Positions 1-7,856 of a stretch of 64,000 bases of DNA are shown here, piece after piece. Position 1 is the stretch's first letter, and every line of letters starts with the position of its first letter. Both the position numbers and the translations under genes were made by a program. The DNA comes from a virus. The notes under the pieces are model-generated. The model ran no database searches. It was not told the DNA's origin and saw only the letters and a list, made by a program, of their open reading frames with translations. Location: positions 1 through 64,000 of IMG/VR virus record IMGVR_UViG_3300009104_000006; one strand, given 5' to 3'.

Positions 1-761
1 TCTCCCCACATCACTAATTCTTCAGTAGCGAGATTTCCACCGCTCCCCGGTATGAATGGGCAACCACCCATTCCTCCAATCGAAGAATCGAATTGTTCCA
101 CGCCACAATCGAAAGCAGCACTCAGATTATCCTTCATTCTGCCTCTTCTCTTACCATGATGGAGATGAAGGGCAATCTTAGCGTCTAACTCTTCTGTCCA
201 AGCCATCGTTTTGGTGATAAGAGGAGGGTTAGCCTTGCCGACCGTATCACATAGAACAATTGTAGAGCCCAATGTATCTGCCCAATCGAGCGCCTTCTCC
301 ATTAAGTTTCTTGGAATCTCGCCTGCAATAGGACAACCAAAAGAAGTGGAGAGATATACTCTGATGTTATCCTTCGGAACACCAGCAAGAGCATGGCAAT
401 AAGACGTGAAGATATGAGACATGGTTCTTCCGTGATTTCTCGTATTGAAGTAATCAGACGGTGAAAAGAAGACATTGTATTGGGTGACTCCTATATCCAT
501 TGCTCTCTCTATACCTTTTCTATTTGGAACGAGCATTCCTAATTCGCATTGAGACTGCAGCCAAGCCACTCTACTGAAAACCACTTCGCTATCAGCCATA
601 TTTGGAACCTTATCAGGATTCACCATAGCACCGACTTCAATCTTATCAATGCCCACTTGTGCTATCTTCTTGATGAGTTCTACTTTCTTATGAGTAGATG
701 TAATAGTGTCGCTACTTTGTAATCCGTCTCTCGGTCCCACTTCGTAAATGCTGAAGTCCAT
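1..761 (-). CDS. hmgL: Hydroxymethylglutaryl-CoA lyase (DRE-TIM family), C-terminus runs off the window
   Basis: Missing from the ORF track. Manual translation from ATG at 761: MDFSIYEVGPRDGLQ...STSFGCP...LCDTVGKANP...ALHLHH...FDSSIGGMGGCPFIPGSGGNLATEEL, the hallmark HMG-CoA lyase motifs. Confidence 0.92.
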   Translation of the reverse strand, partial: MDFSIYEVGPRDGLQSSDTITSTHKKVELIKKIAQVGIDKIEVGAMVNPDKVPNMADSEVVFSRVAWLQSQCELGMLVPNRKGIERAMDIGVTQYNVFFSPSDYFNTRNHGRTMSHIFTSYCHALAGVPKDNIRVYLSTSFGCPIAGEIPRNLMEKALDWADTLGSTIVLCDTVGKANPPLITKTMAWTEELDAKIALHLHHGKRRGRMKDNLSAAFDCGVEQFDSSIGGMGGCPFIPGSGGNLATEELVMWG

Positions 762-770
762 AAAACGGAC

Positions 771-1217
771 TTAGACTGTCTTTTGATTTAGAGGAATCGG
801 CACCAGTCGTTCTCTTGGTATCGCATTAGGAAAATAAGGTATGCCTTGATACCTTTTCATATCCAATCCTCCCCCTCTTATTCCGAACATAGCAGGTGCT
901 TGATTTCTATCTTGACTTCTCCATCTGGCATACTCTGCTCCGCCTTGTGGGTCATTACTTGCATAAACGCCATGAGGATACCAATCTTGCACAGGCTTAC
1001 CTTGCAGTTGTGCTGCGGTCTGCTGCATATTCATCTGTGCTTCATATGGTAATTTAGGCTGTAATCCTTGAGTTCCAATTGCCGCAGCAGGACCAACAGT
1101 AGTCCCATGATATTGGGTTACAGGTCCATGTGGTGAGGGAAAATCGGGATGAAACTCGCCTAATGTGCTCTGACGGGTCTGTTTCAGCAAAAGCCACGCT
1201 TGGTTGAAGGGGGTCAT
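771..1217 (-). CDS. Leader-bearing ADP-ribosyltransferase-fold protein (Tpt1/PARP-like) with PIP-box-like QSTLGEF
   Basis: Start MTPFNQAWLLLK at 1217 behind a GGAGTGA SD; motifs QYHGT..AAAI..QGL, GVYAS..A.YA and IPRERL typical of HYx ART folds. Confidence 0.65.
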   Translation of the reverse strand: MTPFNQAWLLLKQTRQSTLGEFHPDFPSPHGPVTQYHGTTVGPAAAIGTQGLQPKLPYEAQMNMQQTAAQLQGKPVQDWYPHGVYASNDPQGGAEYARWRSQDRNQAPAMFGIRGGGLDMKRYQGIPYFPNAIPRERLVPIPLNQKTV

Positions 1218-1225
1218 CCGTGAGT

Positions 1226-1696
1226 TCACTCCATGACTTTGACTGGTAAGGGCGTATCACCGTGACCACGAGCGAAGAGTTCAGCCATTCTATGTCTCCC
1301 TTCATGATATGTTTCAGGCTGAGAATCGGGAAAAACATATGGCATACCGAACTTGATGTCCTCTCCCGCTTGTGCTCTGTCCATCAACTCTTGATAGAAA
1401 GTATCATCTGACTCTCTTGGAGACTTTTTTCTTCCTAATGCGTCAATATATATACCGCCCTTTTCCTCTCCAGTAGTCATTTTTCCGTATTCACCGGGTG
1501 TTATGTGCTGAATCTCCCCCTGAGGAAAATTTAGACTGTGTCCTTTACTTGGGTCATCGGGAACGTAGCCGTATACATTCTCTTGTGACCTCCAATGGGG
1601 GTCATCTTCGCCTTGTGTAACAAAATTGATGTTGGGAATACCCGTTTCATAAATTGGTGCTTTAAGTAAAGCCCATGCTTGGTCGAAGGGGTTCAT
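1226..1696 (-). CDS. Leader-bearing ParB/Sulfiredoxin-like domain protein
   Basis: MNPFDQAWALLK leader; HEGRHRMA...LPVKV resembles the ParB/Srx (D/E)GxHR motif. Confidence 0.6.
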   Translation of the reverse strand: MNPFDQAWALLKAPIYETGIPNINFVTQGEDDPHWRSQENVYGYVPDDPSKGHSLNFPQGEIQHITPGEYGKMTTGEEKGGIYIDALGRKKSPRESDDTFYQELMDRAQAGEDIKFGMPYVFPDSQPETYHEGRHRMAELFARGHGDTPLPVKVME

Positions 1697-2400
1697 TGTT
1701 GTCCCTCCATGCTAAACATTTCGGGAGTGAGTTCCAAATTCCTTTCCTTATCATATTGCCCTCGTAGTTTCACACCAACTAAATCATCCATCATTTCTTG
1801 TGTGGCCGGATGAGGATATTCACCCCGATGTCCGCGATTATCGTCATAATCATCCGTTGAAATCTGCACAGGCACTGGCTCATCACCCATCAAATTATGA
1901 ATAGCCGCCATCCTGTGTCTCCCTTCGTGACCTATAACATTCCCCCTACTCACATTAAGATTTGGAATAAAAGTGGGCACGCCCGCCCTCATATTTTCCT
2001 CAATACCCTTGCCCGTCTTTGATTCTAAATAATGGCTAATATCAAGATTACCCTTTTCGTCGGCCCCGTAATATCCCGGCTCGTTCGTCGACGCCAAACT
2101 GAGAAAATCCGAGGGGCGCATCATAACTTTGCCCGCCATCCTACCAAACCACGGACTCCCACCCATCGGAAAATAATTCGGGACAATACGTTTGCTTTCC
2201 CAATCATGCCAATCGTCCCTCCAATGACTCGGCTTCTCGCCTAAATCCCTCGTTTGTGGAAAACCCTTTTCATCAAACCATTTTTTGTCCTCTTCATCTT
2301 CACCTGAATAAATCGGCTCATCCCTATCCCAAAATTCAGTCGGCCCAACTTTGTATCTCGCCATTTTGAGAACTTGCCACGCTTGGTCGAAGGGGGTCAC
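1693..2400 (-). CDS. Leader-bearing ParB/Sulfiredoxin-like domain protein
   Basis: GTG start overlaps the upstream stop (ATG at 2403 is an alternative); TPFDQAWQVLK leader; GHEGRHRMAAI...VPVQI. Confidence 0.6.
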   Translation of the reverse strand: MTPFDQAWQVLKMARYKVGPTEFWDRDEPIYSGEDEEDKKWFDEKGFPQTRDLGEKPSHWRDDWHDWESKRIVPNYFPMGGSPWFGRMAGKVMMRPSDFLSLASTNEPGYYGADEKGNLDISHYLESKTGKGIEENMRAGVPTFIPNLNVSRGNVIGHEGRHRMAAIHNLMGDEPVPVQISTDDYDDNRGHRGEYPHPATQEMMDDLVGVKLRGQYDKERNLELTPEMFSMEGQQ

Positions 2401-3044
2401 CATCTAAAACCACCTCTTTTAATCCGCTCCTCTTCCTCACGTCGCCATTGACGATATGAGTCTGCGGCAGGATTCTTTACTTTCACTCTTTCATCATCAC
2501 GCGCTTTCCCCCATTCATGAGAATGACTCACCGTAGACAACGGATGCCTCAAAGCCTCGGCAGGGTCATGCCTTGAAGCCATTAGTTCATGGACTAACTG
2601 TAATTGAACCATAGGCTTAACATCCCCTTGTTTAAGACTCGCGTATGCATTTTTGAAAGCACTAATCATCTCAGGTGTATTCTGTATAGCCTCATGGGTG
2701 CTTTCATGAGCGGCTGCATCTATAACATTCTCCATCAAAGGTTGGTCATATTTCTTGTCATAAGTGTCCCAACTGGTATTTCTAAAATCATCAATCTTGG
2801 GGTCATAATTTATCCCAAAACGACCATCTACACCCTCATAATCGCCCGCCTTATTGGGCCAACCTCTATGTGCTAAATTGACTCTACCTACCGAATTACC
2901 TGTTACATCGGTGTTATAGAAGCCCGGTGAAAAATCTCGGATAGGCAACGGATAGTGTTCTATCTCATCCTTAAACGGACTCTCTTCCGAATCAAGGAGA
3001 AATTCGGTTTTCAGCAAAAGCCACGCTTGGTTGAAGGGGTTCAT
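2397..3044 (-). CDS. Leader-bearing putative zincin metallopeptidase
   Basis: MNPFNQAWLLLK leader; AAHESTHEAI (HExxH) with a downstream HELMA glutamate. Confidence 0.55.
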   Translation of the reverse strand: MNPFNQAWLLLKTEFLLDSEESPFKDEIEHYPLPIRDFSPGFYNTDVTGNSVGRVNLAHRGWPNKAGDYEGVDGRFGINYDPKIDDFRNTSWDTYDKKYDQPLMENVIDAAAHESTHEAIQNTPEMISAFKNAYASLKQGDVKPMVQLQLVHELMASRHDPAEALRHPLSTVSHSHEWGKARDDERVKVKNPAADSYRQWRREEEERIKRGGFRW

Positions 3045-3697
3045 CTTTGCCCCCTATGCGGCCAATTACTTCTATCCTTGTGTTTCGCCCACATTCTTTC
3101 AGCATTATTGGTTTGGTTATCATCGCGCACAATTACATGACCTCCTCGTGTCTCCCTGTCGAGAACATCAGCAGCCATATCATACATGGCAGTCCCATGA
3201 CCCTGATGTTTGTAATTATCCAACATTATCATATAATCCATCAAACTGATGTCTGAATGTTCAGGATTATCTTTTTTCCAATCTTCAAATCCTTTCACTC
3301 TTCTCATTGGTCCAGCATCCTTGACTCTCGGCATACCTATCATGTTCCTGTTGGCGAAGTTATTATCGCTTTCTTGAGGTCGAAAGGAAGCCTCTGCTAT
3401 TGAGTGCCTGTAACCGTCATCGACCCATTCTTTTGGCACATCGCCCACATCATGATTAGGTGGTAAAATGTTCATGTTTATCGTCGGATATGAAAATCTC
3501 CCATACGCCGTGTCTGTTTCGGCATGATTGATGTCAGCCACCATCGGGTGCATCTCGCCAGTCTCAGGATGCTTGAAGTCAGCGACATAGCGAACGTTCT
3601 CATCCCCCTCATTATCTTGCCACGTGTCGCGCCTTTCTAAACTACCATCGACCATAGGTGCTTTGAGAAAAGTCCACGCTCGGTTGAAAGGGGTCAT
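3041..3697 (-). CDS. Leader-bearing GNAT acetyltransferase
   Basis: MTPFNRAWTFLK leader; YKHQGHGTAMYD (acetyl-CoA motif A) and QTNNAERMW. Confidence 0.65.
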   Translation of the reverse strand: MTPFNRAWTFLKAPMVDGSLERRDTWQDNEGDENVRYVADFKHPETGEMHPMVADINHAETDTAYGRFSYPTINMNILPPNHDVGDVPKEWVDDGYRHSIAEASFRPQESDNNFANRNMIGMPRVKDAGPMRRVKGFEDWKKDNPEHSDISLMDYMIMLDNYKHQGHGTAMYDMAADVLDRETRGGHVIVRDDNQTNNAERMWAKHKDRSNWPHRGQR

Positions 3698-5214
3698 TGG
3701 AAGCCTCCGGGTATTCTCTCAGCCATATCATCTCTGGAAATCGGTCCCAGCACGTGGTTGCGATTCTTATCATAGAAGGTATACATCCCATCTCTCTGTT
3801 CCCATCCCATTATGTTGTCTGCTGCACCATCAGGCATCAATCCTTGAATAAATGCATTTGGTAAATGCCCCCACTCTCGGTTGTGTTTGTTTCCATAGTA
3901 TTGCGGGGTCCAGTTTTTCGGCACACCCCCAGTAACGAGTTGCTCTGGTGGAAAATCCCCCTCAATATAGGCCTCTGCTCCTTCTGCAGAATGCCCAGTG
4001 TTAGCAAATTGCCCCGTCATTTTAGACGGGTCTCCTCTTACTCCTACCCATTGACTGACCTCACTATCGTTTCCTCCAAAGCCCACTGGCTTTACACGGT
4101 CTGTTTTTTCCTTCGATGAGTCACGGAGTCCTCCAAATTCCCTGCTTAAGTAGGCATCAACGTCATCAATTGCAGGCGCAGGAGACATAAAATTACCAAG
4201 ATAAGGATTTTCTTCGTCATGATAAGTCGAATCACCTATCTGGACCGGTGGCCCCGCTTCAAAAGGCATCCTCTTGCCATAATCTACTCTGCGAGGGTCA
4301 TGCTCGTGCTCCCACATCTGAGAATCTTCATGCATTTCGCGCCCTTTAATTCCCCGTTTTCGCGCATCCATCGCATGTTCGGGGTTCATATATCGTAAAG
4401 CGCTAACTGGTTCCACGCCCTCCCAACCAGTAGTCCTATCGAGACTCCAATCGTGCTCAGGTAAAATGCTATCACGAGAAGTCTCTGGATTGAGAATGGG
4501 GCTAAAAGGCATAGCATAATGCCTCGGTAGTTCTCTGTCTTCGCTAAATCCTAACTCTTCTAACTTGTTCCAATTGTTATTGATATCGGGATTAAACTTA
4601 ATTGAGTTGGCCCGCATCTCATCATAGGTTATCTGCCCCGCATGATAAGCACGGAGAGACTGTTCTCTTTTGTTAGCCAAATCTTCCAGATGAGCAACTT
4701 GTTCAGGAAGAGTTCTCGATACTGGTTGGTCTCTTAGATACCATTTTTCTTGAGGCGTAAGAAGTAAGCCATCTTCACCAAACCATTCCTTCCGTTGTTT
4801 AGATGTCGGTGAGCGATACGAAATCCGCTCTTCATTCCCTCTAAGCCTGTGTAGCCTTTCCGCCCATTCCCTTGCTTTTGCTTTGTTTTGTGCGTCAATA
4901 TGGTCCTGAGTCACTGGGAACGACAAACCGTCACCTTGATTCAGAAGCCTCTCGTGCACAACCTCATCGAGCCCCCAAGGCGCAAATGTCTTTAGTTCAT
5001 CCATCTCATTTGCGAACTCGTGAGGGTAATGTTCGTGATTTTTGGGCAACAAATACATCTTTACCGAGTTAGGAACCTCATCGTAGCGACGAAACCTCTC
5101 TAATTTTTCAAAAATTTTATTGTCCCTTCTCGGCACTGGTTTTGGCTTCATTCCCCATTGGTCTAACGTAGTCTGAGCCTTCAGAATATCGAATGCACTG
5201 TCGATAGGGTCCAC
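3694..5214 (-). CDS. Leader-bearing ~500-aa protein with PIP-box-like QTTLDQW and a possible ART-like C-terminal domain
   Basis: Likely GTG start at 5214 gives MDPIDSAFDILKA, a leader variant (ORF track starts at 5271); ALRYM..., GNFMSP, WVGVRG and AEAYIEGDFPPEQLV resemble ART-fold strands. Confidence 0.55.
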   Translation of the reverse strand: MDPIDSAFDILKAQTTLDQWGMKPKPVPRRDNKIFEKLERFRRYDEVPNSVKMYLLPKNHEHYPHEFANEMDELKTFAPWGLDEVVHERLLNQGDGLSFPVTQDHIDAQNKAKAREWAERLHRLRGNEERISYRSPTSKQRKEWFGEDGLLLTPQEKWYLRDQPVSRTLPEQVAHLEDLANKREQSLRAYHAGQITYDEMRANSIKFNPDINNNWNKLEELGFSEDRELPRHYAMPFSPILNPETSRDSILPEHDWSLDRTTGWEGVEPVSALRYMNPEHAMDARKRGIKGREMHEDSQMWEHEHDPRRVDYGKRMPFEAGPPVQIGDSTYHDEENPYLGNFMSPAPAIDDVDAYLSREFGGLRDSSKEKTDRVKPVGFGGNDSEVSQWVGVRGDPSKMTGQFANTGHSAEGAEAYIEGDFPPEQLVTGGVPKNWTPQYYGNKHNREWGHLPNAFIQGLMPDGAADNIMGWEQRDGMYTFYDKNRNHVLGPISRDDMAERIPGGFQ

Positions 5215-5353
5215 TGCACTCACGAATGACGGAAAGCGGTCAACCTCTTTGACGTTTCGATGAATAAACAATTGATAAATGAAACAAAGTCGCTTTGCGC
5301 GTGGATTATCTGTTTTTGTGAAAATTTTCTCCAGCGCTGTGCGTGACTATAGA

Positions 5354-5753
5354 GCGGTATGCTATTGCGGTATGCCCTATTGCTCCGGCTAAGGCTGCGG
5401 TATGCCCTGCGGTATGCACCACTGCGGCGGTGCAGTTTCCACACCATCTTGCGGTATGCCCTGCGGTATGCTTGCGGTATGCTATTGCTTTCGTGCGCTC
5501 ATATGACCGGCACACCCGCAAGCGGTGTGCCTCTCGCGTGTGCCGCAAGACGGCACTACGCTCGCACTATGCACCCATATACGCTCGTTTGCTAAGGGTC
5601 AAGGCTACAACAAAACCGCTATACTGCGCGGCTACGCCTTAACATCAACGCCAGCCCTTGCACCGCTTTGGATTCCCCACCCATGTGGTTGGTCGTATCA
5701 AATACACCTCTCCCCTACGCGGTTTGCTTTTGCGGTATGCTACTGCGGTATGC
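5354..5753 (+). repeat. Array of short GCGGTATGC repeats (9 exact copies plus variants)
   Basis: Exact copies start at 5354, 5367, 5397, 5409, 5451, 5463, 5474, 5732 and 5745; variants GCGGTGTGC and GCGGTTTGC. Confidence 0.9.
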
Positions 5754-5823
5754 TCCGAATCCTCTCGCATCACGCCTTGCGTCGCACGTAAGAGTAAGTA
5801 AATCCGCCCCCTTCTTTCATGCT

Positions 5824-5846
5824 TTGGTATTTAAACGAAGATAGTA
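5824..5846 (+). promoter_or_regulatory. Conserved 23-bp motif, copy 1 (putative viral early promoter)
   Basis: TTGGTATTTAAACGAAGATAGTA, identical in 9 copies; upstream of the 5875 gene. Confidence 0.8.
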
Positions 5847-5874
5847 TAGTGTATTTGCCGGACAACGGCGGAGA

Positions 5875-6636
5875 ATGAAAATGAATATGACAAGGAAACT
5901 GACAATGATTATGAAAGATTTGGTGGATGCTCTCATCCGAGTATGGGGGGGAGAGAGTATAACTCTCGACTTCGACTGCTCCGGTGCGGCACCCGTCAAG
6001 GTTGGCTCAACACGAGCCGATGGAACGATTGTAGGCCCATACAAGCCTACCAAGACCCAAGCCAAGAATGCCCTGCATAGATACATCAAGGATGCGGTTG
6101 CTAACCAAAAGGCAGCCAGCAACCTGCCGGTCAAGTGCGACCATGCTGGTGCAATCAAGGCGAGCAAGGTCAAATTCACACCATCAGCAAAGACGGGCAA
6201 AGTGCCTGTGCTTGCTTACCACATGAACAAACTGCACGGCGATGCGAAGCGTGCTTTGAAGGCGAGCAAGCGACAGGCTGGACTTGAGAAGGCCATCGCT
6301 GACGGCGGCGTGTGGATAGCACGCGGTGTCTTCGACAAGAATGGCGACATTCGTGGCTACCCAAGCCAAAAGAAGGCAGCCGCAGCATGGTGTCGCACCT
6401 TCATCCCACCTACGGATGGAGTGCAGTGGTTCGAGCGAGAGGATGCAAAAGACCTACGAAAGGTCGGTCGCACCCACACTCAGCGAGCGGCTTGGCTCAT
6501 CATGGATGGCCTCACCATCACCACTGAGGGCGGACTCAGCCAAGACGAGGTAGTCCTCATGGCCGCAAAGGAGTTCGGCTTCAAGGGCAAGACGGTGAAG
6601 GGCGCACAGGCGTTCCTTGACCGCAACGTCGCTTGA
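5875..6636 (+). CDS. Basic Lys/Ala-rich hypothetical protein, stand-alone transcription unit
   Basis: 253-aa ORF behind motif copy 1 and a GGAG SD; C/G-rich third positions unlike neighbouring genes; no family recognised. Confidence 0.75.
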   Translation: MKMNMTRKLTMIMKDLVDALIRVWGGESITLDFDCSGAAPVKVGSTRADGTIVGPYKPTKTQAKNALHRYIKDAVANQKAASNLPVKCDHAGAIKASKVKFTPSAKTGKVPVLAYHMNKLHGDAKRALKASKRQAGLEKAIADGGVWIARGVFDKNGDIRGYPSQKKAAAAWCRTFIPPTDGVQWFEREDAKDLRKVGRTHTQRAAWLIMDGLTITTEGGLSQDEVVLMAAKEFGFKGKTVKGAQAFLDRNVA

Positions 6637-6659
6637 ATAGGCTCACACCGACTACGCAA

Positions 6660-6891
6660 CCGCCCCCTGTCCAAGCGGCAGGGGTGCGGCAACACCCTCA
6701 CAAACAGGGGGGCAGGGCGCGACCAGCCAGCGATGGCGGCGATGCCCTGTCCTCCTACCCACACGAACCTGCTGATGTCCTTTGGTGGTGCTTAGGACTT
6801 GCCCGTTGGCTACAACCAACGGGAGCGGCGTGATATGGGGAGCGCACCTCCCACCCTCGCCCCGCACTCGCGGGGTGGGGGCATTTTTTTT
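6660..6891 (+). ncRNA. Putative structured ncRNA or structured 3' UTR (at least 5 stems)
   Basis: Stems 6660-6689; 6706-6719/6743-6756 (14 bp, all 3 non-Watson-Crick pairs are G-U) capped by GCCA-GCGA-TGGC (GNRA loop); 6777-6798; 6802-6823 (perfect 8 bp); 6854-6881. Confidence 0.6.
6854..6891 (+). terminator. GC-rich hairpin followed by T8
   Basis: CCCTCGCCCCGC-ACTC-GCGGGGTGGGGG then CA and T8 at 6884-6891. Confidence 0.7.
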
Positions 6892-6924
6892 GGCTTGGCT
6901 TCATGCTACACGCGCGGGCTAAGT

Positions 6925-7039
6925 CAGACCGCAGACTGTATGGTATCTGAGAGCAGACCGCAGCCGTATGCGTGGGCTATCTGAGCAGACCGCAGGGCAT
7001 CTGAGAGCAGACCGCAGGGCATCTGAGAGCAGACGGCGG
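6925..7039 (+). repeat. Tandem ATCTGAGAGCAGACCGCAG(GGC) repeats
   Basis: CAGACCGCAG at 6925, 6954, 6986 and 7008, variant at 7030; GCAGACCGCA is the reverse complement of TGCGGTCTGC, one mismatch from the left-array unit TGCGGTATGC. Confidence 0.85.
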
Positions 7040-7325
7040 GGCTGGTCTTCGTCATTGATGTTCTTCGTTCCACAACCGCAGGCGGTTTATCGTGGCTCAC
7101 AACATCACTTGCCTCGCCCACCCATACGGTTGGTATTCTCATAGAATATCCTCTCACTATCGGAGAGAGATACACGCCCAGTTAGCCTTGACTTAAGTAG
7201 CGATGCTGATTTCGGTGTGTCCTATGCTCCCCCGCATGGTTGTGTATCGCTGATGATTATGCAGACTGTGCTAATTTGCACATACGCACATGAGGACAGC
7301 GCGGATTCGGACAGACGGCAGAACC

Positions 7326-7440
7326 TTTCCGAAGTTTCCTTAGTATTGTCTAAACAAGGAGAATAATAGTGTAGTATAGAGAGGTAGTAGGACAATCGAA
7401 CTGTCCGATTGTATAGACAAGACAATAGAATCATCGGAAA
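7326..7440. repeat. 32-bp imperfect inverted repeat, candidate origin or protein-binding site
   Basis: 7326-7357 TTTCCGAAGTTTCCTTAGTATTGTCTAAACAA vs reverse complement of 7409-7440 TTTCCGATGATTCTATTGTCTTGTCTATACAA (25/32 identical); the same element recurs at 44313-44390. Confidence 0.7.
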
Positions 7441-7532
7441 ACTATGGTATCACACGCACAAAAACAGGATACCACGCTCATGTTGCTGACCCTCAATCCA
7501 AAACCTCGATGAAATCTTGACGAAAAAAGGCT

Positions 7533-7555
7533 TTGGTATTTAAACGAAGATAGTA
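7533..7555 (+). promoter_or_regulatory. Conserved 23-bp motif, copy 2
   Basis: Exact copy heading the run of small early genes. Confidence 0.8.
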
Positions 7556-7566
7556 TAGTGGAATTG

Positions 7567-7698
7567 ATGCTGAATAGTATTACTGAACAAAGAATGGAGT
7601 TGCCCTACCCTTGCACTTGTGCAACAGTAGGGATAGTGAAAGCCAAGTATAGAGGAATGGTTCTATGCACACACTGTAAGATACGGAGGGATGAATGA
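7567..7698 (+). CDS. Small Cys-rich hypothetical protein
   Basis: 43-aa ORF directly after motif copy 2; ATGA overlap with next ORF. Confidence 0.45.
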   Translation: MLNSITEQRMELPYPCTCATVGIVKAKYRGMVLCTHCKIRRDE

Positions 7699-7856
7699 TG
7701 CCCGCCATCGGTAAGATGAGGACACGCTGGCACATCACCTGCTTGTGTGAGCCCACCTACACCAACCAAATGAGGAAGGACAAGGTGCTACACCGCATAG
7801 ATATGCACATCGAAACGTGTCCTGTCTATACTTGGATAATGGAGGGGCGACCATGA
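7695..7856 (+). CDS. Small hypothetical protein
   Basis: 53-aa ORF with ATGA overlaps at both ends. Confidence 0.5.
   Translation: MMPAIGKMRTRWHITCLCEPTYTNQMRKDKVLHRIDMHIETCPVYTWIMEGRP

Noticed and set aside
5220-5791. Several overlapping short ORFs in the ORF track
   Set aside because: They are translations of the GCGGTATGC repeat array (AVC/LRY/HTA repeats) with no SD or coding signal
6769-6828. Hammerhead ribozyme (CTGATG at a three-way junction)
   Set aside because: Lacks the CUGAnGA and GAAA core; stem II is followed by TTG
5598-7192. 10-bp inverted match GTCAAGGCTA / TAGCCTTGAC as element ends
   Set aside because: Short enough to arise by chance; no transposase, integrase or target duplication seen
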